64,000 nucleotides of DNA from a bacterium. GTDB taxonomy: Bacteria; Electryoneota; JAOADG01. Shown piece after piece: positions 56,915 to 64,000 of the stretch. The position numbers were made by a program, and so were the translations under genes. The stretch covers positions 2,944,001-3,008,000 of the forward strand of contig OY820579.1 of the NCBI GenBank assembly GCA_963681965.1. The letters run 5' to 3'. Numbering within the stretch: position 1 is the first letter of the stretch; each line of letters opens with the position of its first letter. The notes under the pieces were generated by a model. The model saw only the letters and a program-made list of their open reading frames with translations. It did no database searches and was not told where the DNA came from.

Positions 56915-57719
56915 CCCGGCATCTCCTACTCCCTATTTTCCGCTTTCTTTACTCGATCTGAGTATCGGCTGTGGGATGATGTTGTTCATTGCTTTTTTGG
57001 CGTGGCGCGGTCGCTACGGGATTGCTAAGACACTACTCTGGGGTGCTGTGCGAGCAGCAGTTCAGCTTCTTGCCGTCGGATATGTTCTAATGTGGTTGTT
57101 CTCGGTGAATTATTTCACTGTGATCTTCGGCGTGTTAATGATTCAATCCTTTGTTGCAGCGTGGCAATCGTCACGTCGTCCGAAAGTAGTTCTGGCTCAT
57201 TTACCATTGTATCTCTGGGTTGCCATCACTGGATCTTCTTTCCTCTTTTTGTTTATTGCATTTGTTTTTGTGATTCAACCTGATCCGTTATGGAAAGGGC
57301 AGATTGTTATCCCGATCGGTGGAATGGTGATCGGTAATGCTCTGAATGCTGTGGCGTTAAGTGTCGATCGACTAGCTGCCGAGTATCGCTCGCGGAGGGA
57401 TTGGATCGAGGCAGCTTTGGCGTTTGGTGCTTCTCCGCGGGAAGCTTCCTTTGAACCCCGCCGCGATGCATTACACGCCGCTGTTGCACCATCGATGAAT
57501 CAACTTTTTGTAGTGGGTATTGTTCAGCTACCGGGGATGATGACGGGTCAAATCATAGGTGGCGTACCACCGACCGAAGCCGTTCGATACCAGATTTTAA
57601 TCATGTATCTCATTACCGCAGGCTGTTTTGGCGGTGCTTGGATTGCGGAACGGCTGATTTGGCGAAAACTCGGATCGGCTGTTGGTGTATTGCTGGAAGA
57701 ACGATCTCAAAACCGCTAA
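56904..57719 (+). CDS. fetB: ABC permease, FetB/YbbM (UPF0014) family
   Basis: RAAVQLLAVGY, IPIGGMVIGN, IEAALAFGAS, VGIVQLPGMMTGQIIGG..AVRYQI. Confidence 0.88.
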   Translation: MNVNPASPTPYFPLSLLDLSIGCGMMLFIAFLAWRGRYGIAKTLLWGAVRAAVQLLAVGYVLMWLFSVNYFTVIFGVLMIQSFVAAWQSSRRPKVVLAHLPLYLWVAITGSSFLFLFIAFVFVIQPDPLWKGQIVIPIGGMVIGNALNAVALSVDRLAAEYRSRRDWIEAALAFGASPREASFEPRRDALHAAVAPSMNQLFVVGIVQLPGMMTGQIIGGVPPTEAVRYQILIMYLITAGCFGGAWIAERLIWRKLGSAVGVLLEERSQNR

Positions 57720-57733
57720 CTACTTCTCCTGCA

Positions 57734-58648
57734 TTAAAAATCCATGTATCCCAAATGACGCAACGCAAGATATCCAGCTCCGACGACACCCGCTGAATCC
57801 CCCATTTGGGCTTTCAATATTGGAATTGAACCTCTTGGAACGCCAAAAAGCGATTTCTTCAATAAATCCGGCACTCGTTCGTACCAGATCGGAAGATTGG
57901 ATACTCCACCACCTAGCACAATTGCCTCGAGATCGAACGAATTGATCACATTGGCAAAGACTTCCGCCATGATCTGGCAGCTTTCATCGAAAAGCTTTAC
58001 AGCAGCAGGATCGTTTTGGTCGAACCGTCGATAGATCTCGACAACATCACAATCCTCACCAGTCGCCTCGGTATACCTTCGCTGAAGACTCGATCCTGAA
58101 AGATATGCCTCGGCACAACCCCGACGACCGCACTCGCAAAGCCGCCCATTATAATCGATTGTGGTGTGTCCAAATTCACCCGCTCCCCCCTTGGCACCGC
58201 GATATAGCGACCCATTCTGAATAATTCCAAATCCCATTCCCGTACCAAGAATTACTGCCAGTACGAATTTGTATTGTTCTTTCGGGAGAGCAAAGTATTC
58301 GGCAAGTGCTAGACAATTTGCATCGTTTTCTACAATCAACGGTACATTCAATTTGGATTGTAAGGAACTGATAAATCCAATCGTCTCATAAACAGGAGTG
58401 TGCGGAGACCCAAATAGCTGATCTTCAGTTAAAAGATATGTTCCGGGAGTGCCAATGCCGACAGCATGAATAGTATTACCATCGGAAACTTGTCGAACGG
58501 TTTCAAGGATATTCCTGATGACACATTCCAAGCCTTTTTCCGGTTGTGAGAAGGTGCGATAACGCTTGTATACTTTTCGGTCTGCATCCAGTAGACAAGC
58601 TTCAACCTTCGTCCCGCCAAGATCGATTCCGATAACATATTTCGGCAT
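57734..58648 (-). CDS. ROK family sugar kinase (Mak/fructokinase-like)
   Basis: IDLGGTK, ENDANCLALAE, ILGTG, GEFGH..CECGRRGCAE, LGGGVSN, GDSAGVVGA. Confidence 0.92.
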   Translation of the reverse strand: MPKYVIGIDLGGTKVEACLLDADRKVYKRYRTFSQPEKGLECVIRNILETVRQVSDGNTIHAVGIGTPGTYLLTEDQLFGSPHTPVYETIGFISSLQSKLNVPLIVENDANCLALAEYFALPKEQYKFVLAVILGTGMGFGIIQNGSLYRGAKGGAGEFGHTTIDYNGRLCECGRRGCAEAYLSGSSLQRRYTEATGEDCDVVEIYRRFDQNDPAAVKLFDESCQIMAEVFANVINSFDLEAIVLGGGVSNLPIWYERVPDLLKKSLFGVPRGSIPILKAQMGDSAGVVGAGYLALRHLGYMDF

Positions 58649-58760
58649 TTTATGCTCTGGGTTAGAATAAAAAAGCCTTCGGATACGTAATCAATGGAAA
58701 ACGTTTCCGAAGGCTTCACAGTATAATTATTGGACACTCGATCAGTGCCAAAATAGATTC

Positions 58761-59006
58761 CTACTTGTCTTGATTGGGCGCTTTTTCTGGCTCAGGTTTG
58801 ATCGAAAGACCAATCGGTACAAATACGATATAGCCCAGTGCCAGTAGGAGCGGTGCAACCGTTACCGACAGCGGATTATCGGCCGGTCCCTGAATCAGCG
58901 CCAGATATCCCAACACGATAAATATTCCAGCAATCCCCAACCATTTCCAGTTCCGGTGCCCTAAAGCAGGATGCTCAATTCGAATGTTCTTTTTGATTTT
59001 TGCCAT
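58761..59006 (-). CDS. Small membrane protein (DUF3098-like)
   Basis: NWKWLGIAGIFIVLGY..SVTVAPLLLALGY; GAGG RBS; hairpin at 58671-58717 downstream. Confidence 0.75.
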   Translation of the reverse strand: MAKIKKNIRIEHPALGHRNWKWLGIAGIFIVLGYLALIQGPADNPLSVTVAPLLLALGYIVFVPIGLSIKPEPEKAPNQDK

Positions 59007-59154
59007 ATTTCCCTCAGTGTCACCTATTGTACGAACTTTTAACGCGAACTGTCAAGTACCTGTTCCCTTTGTCCCCGATCACAGAAAAACCGTAAAAATA
59101 ATTGTATATCAGGCGATTCTGTGGTAATTTGCACTCTTGTAAAAGGAGAATGCA

Positions 59155-61008
59155 ATGGATGCACCCAAATCGATGCGACATATTCGAGACGATCTGTTGG
59201 GGAAATTGGATCAATTAGGTTTGGATCACCCCGGTATCGCTCACGAATTGTCACTTATCCGCGAAGATATCGAACATTTCACGACTTCTCAAATCGAACA
59301 GGGACAGCGATTAGCCAAGATTGGCGCGGCGCTGGGTGCAGAACGCGATATTAAAGCATTGCTCGAAATGATATTGCTTGAAGCGATGCGATTGAATAGC
59401 GCCGATGGTGGAACCTTCTACGCAGTAAAAACCGATTCAAAAGGAAATCCCATTTCACTCGAATGGATGCTGACCCGGAACGGAACGTTAAAGACATGGA
59501 TGGGTGGAACAAGTGGTATCCCCATCCCCTTCCCGGAAATCCCCTTGTTTGTCAATGGAAGTGAGAATCACAGCAATGTGAGTGCGCATGTTGCACTCTC
59601 CGGTGAAACGATTAACCTCCCCGATGTTTATGAAGCAGAAGGATTTGATTTTCAGGGACCGCGTGCATTTGACGCCAAGGTGGGATATCGAACTAAATCG
59701 ATGTTGGTTTTTCCGCTTCGCAATCACGAGAATGAAATTGTTGCAGTAATGCAATTGATCAATGTGATCGATGGTAGTGGAAATATTTATCCCTTCGCTA
59801 GCGACAATCAATTGGTCACTTTATCGCTTGCCACACAAGCGGCAGTGGCGTTGACGAATGCAAAACTGATTATATCTCTTGAAAACTTGTTCGATGCCTT
59901 CATCAAAGCGATTGCGCAATCGATTGACGCCAAGGACGATGTTACTGGTGGTCATATTCAACGAGTTGCCGAATTAACGATGATGATCGCCCGAGCGATC
60001 AATGAGACCAATGATGGACCGTTTGCCAATATTTATTTCTCGCAGGACGAGTTACGCGAATTATCGATCGCGGCATGGCTTCACGACACCGGAAAAATTA
60101 CCACTCCGGAAACCGTTATGTTTAAATCGACCAAGCTCGAAGCGTTTGTCGATCGCGTTGATAATGTAAAAATGCGGTTCGAACTAGCTCGGTGTATGAT
60201 GCAAATCGAGGCTTTCCGAAAGAAAATCGAACAAATCGTACCCAACCCCGAACAGAAGCAAAATTGGGAAGAAATCGACCGAAGCTTAACCGAATTTCTC
60301 ACGCAAAATCGCGATGACTGGCACCTAATTGAACGCTTCAACGTCGGTGCCGAATTTTTGAAACCGGAAATTGCCGATCGCATCAAAGCGATTGCTGCAA
60401 CTAGTTTCGAACTTTCTGAAGAACTGGCATTAAACCGCGAAACGCCGTATTTCGGCTACCTCTCGCGCAAAACCTGGGAAGCCAAACAAGAGAAGTGCGG
60501 ACCACGCGAAGAAAAAGATCTTCCCATCGATCCTTCACAACGCAATTTATTAACAGCGAATGAATTGCTGAATATGTTGATTGCACGCGGAACAATCAAC
60601 GATGAAGAACGTACTAAGATGGAAGATCATGTCGTGCAGACGATCAAGATTCTCGAGAAACTGCCATTCCCGCGAAAAATGCAGAATGTCCCGGAATATG
60701 CCGGTGGTCACCACGAATTCCTTAATGGCAAGGGTTATCCAAAGCATTTGAATAGGGAGAATCTCCCGATACAGTCGAAGATAATGGCAGTCGCCGATAT
60801 CTTCGAGGCGCTGTCCGCTGCCGATCGCCCCTATAAGAAGGCGAAACCATTAAGCGAGACCTTGAAAATTATGGGATTCATGGTCAAGGATGGGTGTATC
60901 GACAATGATATTGTGAATGTCTTTCTTCACACCGGTACGATGGCAAAATATGCAAAGGAATTTATCGATCAGAAGCAAATCGATATCGAACTGAACGAAC
61001 CACAATGA
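59155..61008 (+). CDS. GAF + HD-GYP domain c-di-GMP phosphodiesterase
   Basis: ADGGTFY..YRTKSMLVFPL GAF; GHIQRV, LHDTGK, HHEFLNGKGYP, ADIFEALSAADRPYKK. Confidence 0.92.
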   Translation: MDAPKSMRHIRDDLLGKLDQLGLDHPGIAHELSLIREDIEHFTTSQIEQGQRLAKIGAALGAERDIKALLEMILLEAMRLNSADGGTFYAVKTDSKGNPISLEWMLTRNGTLKTWMGGTSGIPIPFPEIPLFVNGSENHSNVSAHVALSGETINLPDVYEAEGFDFQGPRAFDAKVGYRTKSMLVFPLRNHENEIVAVMQLINVIDGSGNIYPFASDNQLVTLSLATQAAVALTNAKLIISLENLFDAFIKAIAQSIDAKDDVTGGHIQRVAELTMMIARAINETNDGPFANIYFSQDELRELSIAAWLHDTGKITTPETVMFKSTKLEAFVDRVDNVKMRFELARCMMQIEAFRKKIEQIVPNPEQKQNWEEIDRSLTEFLTQNRDDWHLIERFNVGAEFLKPEIADRIKAIAATSFELSEELALNRETPYFGYLSRKTWEAKQEKCGPREEKDLPIDPSQRNLLTANELLNMLIARGTINDEERTKMEDHVVQTIKILEKLPFPRKMQNVPEYAGGHHEFLNGKGYPKHLNRENLPIQSKIMAVADIFEALSAADRPYKKAKPLSETLKIMGFMVKDGCIDNDIVNVFLHTGTMAKYAKEFIDQKQIDIELNEPQ

Positions 61009-61481
61009 AGTCTGAAATGAGAAGAAATTCTTTCATTCTCGCCATCATAATGCTGTTTCTTATCGCATCGTGTGCGAATCGCAAACCATTGAGTACGGCA
61101 ACTACCGGTTCATCCGCGATCGACTCATCTTACGCAAAAATTGATTTAGTAAAGTCGAATGCGTGGATCAATTTGATGCCTTCGACGACCCCAATAAAGC
61201 GAAATATCAGAGTAACAGCCAGCTTTCGTTTTACTGGCTCTGGACGCGCTTATCTTCCTAATTTGAAATACTATTTGGGTGGAAGCGAGATACTTGTTGA
61301 AGAAGCTGTAAATAACTGGAAAGATAGTACAGATTTTTCTTTACATCCCGATGAAGTCAAAATGCTCGACCTGCGCGTCTTATGCCCCGATCGATCGGCA
61401 GATTCTATTCGGATTGAATGGTATGATTGTCGATCAAAATCGCTTAAAAGCAATAAACTGCGAATTACTAAAGCGTACTAA
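61005..61481 (+). CDS. Hypothetical lipoprotein
   Basis: IASC lipobox, AWINLMP motif; ATGA overlap with the upstream gene. Confidence 0.65.
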   Translation: MKSEMRRNSFILAIIMLFLIASCANRKPLSTATTGSSAIDSSYAKIDLVKSNAWINLMPSTTPIKRNIRVTASFRFTGSGRAYLPNLKYYLGGSEILVEEAVNNWKDSTDFSLHPDEVKMLDLRVLCPDRSADSIRIEWYDCRSKSLKSNKLRITKAY

Positions 61482-61507
61482 TTCTTGTCCCTGCTAAACC
61501 TAAAACT

Positions 61508-61538
61508 AGAAAGCGCGGTATTCAATACCGCGCTTTCA
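61508..61538. terminator. Terminator hairpin between convergent genes
   Basis: GAAAGCGCGGTATT-c-AATACCGCGCTTTC. Confidence 0.65.
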
Positions 61539-61560
61539 GGTCAATCATTGGCAGTAGTTC

Positions 61561-64000
61561 CTATTTCAGTAGGATCACTTTCTGCATATTCGAATACTTC
61601 GAGGTATTCATTTTTACAAAATAAATTCCAGTTGCTTTTCGATCGCGATCCGATACTCCCGACCACGTTGTCGAATGATAACCAACTTCGAATTGTCCAT
61701 TCACTAATGTCGCTACTTTACGACCCATTACATCGAAAATTTCGATTGATACATGATCCGATCTGGGAAGTGCAAATTTGATCTCAGTTGTCGAATTGAA
61801 TGGATTCGGATAGGGAGCCGATAGTGAATACGACTTTGGTAGTGCTCGTTCGGTTTCTTCTACATCGTTCACACCAATACTGAAATCGGCATTGCTAGTA
61901 TCGCCAACTAGAGATGTCTCAACGGGTAGTAGTCGCAATCTTGCATGACCCGTCATCGGTATCGTAACTGTCCAAAATGCCGATCCAGAGTCGACTACCG
62001 AACTCACAATCTCTTGCCATTGATTCGAGGGAAAGAGACGATCCATTTGAATCCGAATCGTACCGGCACGATTCGAATTCCACCGGATAACTTGACGCTG
62101 TCCTACTCCCCAGTATTCTCCCCCATTCGGAGAAATCAACTGATAAACAGGAGTCATCACTATGAAGTCACGCTGCGATACGGCAGTAACTGTTGTATCG
62201 GTTCGCCAAATCAATTTAAACCGGACATTGTTTGCCACCGGACCAGTAACATTCCATCGGTAATAACCGACATTCTGAATGTCGCTGACCAACGTTTGCC
62301 AGGGTCCGTCTGGGAAATTTCGATTAATCAATAAATCGACATTCCCGCGCATTCCATAAGAGATCCAATTAATGGTCTTGGGAATTCTTACCCAAAATGT
62401 ATCCGGTACCGATTGATTGGAAAAGACCATCGATGGGAATTTGATTGAGAAATTACAGTCGGAAGTATCGGCAAACATTTCGCTATTAGAATTCACGATA
62501 CGAATTCGCGCACTGTCAGTGTCGAATCGACCGATAGTCCAAAGATATCGTCCTTGATCTGCAGGTACGTTCGTTGCAATCGTTATCCACTGTCCGACGG
62601 GGTAATGCAAATTCAATTCAATATTGATATAAGTTATCGCGTACGCATCCCAGCGAATAGTGTCGATTTGATTGAAATAAATCGTATCGCCATCATTCTG
62701 AGTTCTCAATCTGAGTAATGGTGAATTAATCGTGAAGTTCTCATCGGAGCGGTCGCTTTGCGTCGTGTCGTTTGGATCGACAATTCGAAGCCGAACATGT
62801 GACGAGGGTTGACCAGTAACTAACCAAGAATAAACACCGTTATTGTTGACATTATTCGCTAATGTTTCCCAATTTGTGTAAGGATAATTGCGATTAATCT
62901 CAATCCGAACAAACGGAATGGTACTACTCGCATTCCAGCGAATTAGCGAAGTGTTCTGAGCCCAAATAGTGTCAGGATTGTTGTGGGAAAGTAATTCGAT
63001 AGAGCGTGCCGGCGTCAGCGCAATAGCCGCTTGCGCATCGGGCAAACCCGCTCCCATTTGACCGACAAATGTTGGATTGTAACTATCCAGATTGATTGCG
63101 GTCGAATATAACAGGCTCTCGACATCGGAATTCATCATCGACGGATTACGCGACCAAATCAAAGCTGCAACTGCTGCAGCATTTGGACAAGCCATCGATG
63201 TACCATCATGCGCTTCATAAGTGTTGTTGGTAAAAGTCGAATAGATATTCGCGCCCGGTGCCGATAATCCAATCCAGTTTCCATAACTCGAAAAATCGGC
63301 GACTACATCGCCAGCAGCCAATGCAGCTACTGCGATGACACCTGTTGCAGCAGCAGGATACATCATTACCGTGTCGCCATTGTTTCCGGCAGCAGCGAAT
63401 AACAAGCAATCGTGAGCTTGTGCAAAGTCAATTGCATCCTGGAAAAATTGCGGTAGTTCAGCATCACTTCCAAAGCTCATGCTAATAATTCGTACACCGG
63501 AGTTGACGGCATATTGAATACCACGAGCAATATTAGTATCGGGGTAATTCGCAAATCCAACTTGAACGGCAATCAGTTTCACGTTGAAACTTGCAGATGC
63601 AACTCCGAAGCCATTATTGGTTCGAGCAGCAATGATCCCTGATGTATGTGTACCGTGCGGATTCGACCCAGCGACGTTGTTGCTGCCAGCAGCAAAATTC
63701 CAGCCGATTACATCGTCTACATATCCGTTGCTATCGTTGTCAACACCGTTTAAATCCGCTTCCGTCATTCGACCATCCTGATCGATATCTTCCGCCGGAT
63801 TGAACCAGAGATTATCTTGGAGATCCTCGTGGGAATACTCAACTCCGGTATCGATCACCGATACTAGAATTTCATCATTTCCACGCGCAGAATCCCATGC
63901 GGCAGGACAATGCATCGAGTCCAAACCCCATAGCGTACCCGCAGTCGACCAGTCGTCGGGGAGCATGCAAGAAAATCGAATTGGTGGTAATTCGGCACGC
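61561..64000 (-). CDS. Secreted S8 subtilase with four Ig-like repeats and T9SS-like CTD (5' end beyond window)
   Basis: VIDTG, NPHGTHTSG, AAAGN, DGTSMACP catalytic motifs; frame open to the window edge; YPNPFN tail. Confidence 0.92.
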   Translation of the reverse strand, partial: RAELPPIRFSCMLPDDWSTAGTLWGLDSMHCPAAWDSARGNDEILVSVIDTGVEYSHEDLQDNLWFNPAEDIDQDGRMTEADLNGVDNDSNGYVDDVIGWNFAAGSNNVAGSNPHGTHTSGIIAARTNNGFGVASASFNVKLIAVQVGFANYPDTNIARGIQYAVNSGVRIISMSFGSDAELPQFFQDAIDFAQAHDCLLFAAAGNNGDTVMMYPAAATGVIAVAALAAGDVVADFSSYGNWIGLSAPGANIYSTFTNNTYEAHDGTSMACPNAAAVAALIWSRNPSMMNSDVESLLYSTAINLDSYNPTFVGQMGAGLPDAQAAIALTPARSIELLSHNNPDTIWAQNTSLIRWNASSTIPFVRIEINRNYPYTNWETLANNVNNNGVYSWLVTGQPSSHVRLRIVDPNDTTQSDRSDENFTINSPLLRLRTQNDGDTIYFNQIDTIRWDAYAITYINIELNLHYPVGQWITIATNVPADQGRYLWTIGRFDTDSARIRIVNSNSEMFADTSDCNFSIKFPSMVFSNQSVPDTFWVRIPKTINWISYGMRGNVDLLINRNFPDGPWQTLVSDIQNVGYYRWNVTGPVANNVRFKLIWRTDTTVTAVSQRDFIVMTPVYQLISPNGGEYWGVGQRQVIRWNSNRAGTIRIQMDRLFPSNQWQEIVSSVVDSGSAFWTVTIPMTGHARLRLLPVETSLVGDTSNADFSIGVNDVEETERALPKSYSLSAPYPNPFNSTTEIKFALPRSDHVSIEIFDVMGRKVATLVNGQFEVGYHSTTWSGVSDRDRKATGIYFVKMNTSKYSNMQKVILLK

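Overview
A 64-kb chromosomal window from a diderm (LPS-making) bacterium. The many PNPFN-type secretion tails suggest an FCB-superphylum lineage outside the classical Bacteroidota, but this is inference. Housekeeping genes include tRNA-Val(TAC), tmRNA (tag ANDYSYALAA), kdsA/kdsD, clpP, adenosine deaminase, a MoxR ATPase, a USP, an LpoB-like lipoprotein, an MFS transporter, a FetAB-like ABC pair, a ROK kinase and three HD-GYP proteins. These are interspersed with about ten secreted proteins carrying T9SS-like C-terminal sorting domains. There are two accessory regions. One is an integrase-less island at tRNA-Val bounded by a 158-bp direct repeat and carrying an IS3 element and a GC-mosaic SBBP protein. 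The other is an AT-rich cassette downstream of tmRNA bracketed by inverted REP-like palindrome mosaics. The most notable observations are (1) an unannotated small membrane ORF at 21546-21761 with an in-frame TGA followed by a SECIS-like hairpin (candidate selenoprotein), (2) an OB-fold cargo / PorV-like / ComEA-HhH-barrel triad that could capture extracellular nucleic acid, (3) a 17-heme CbcL-like cytochrome c/b fusion and (4) a DUF4920 protein with a 7x Cys-rich repeat tail. No CRISPR array, reverse transcriptase, integrase or phage structural genes were seen. All family assignments come from motif recognition by eye, not from searches.
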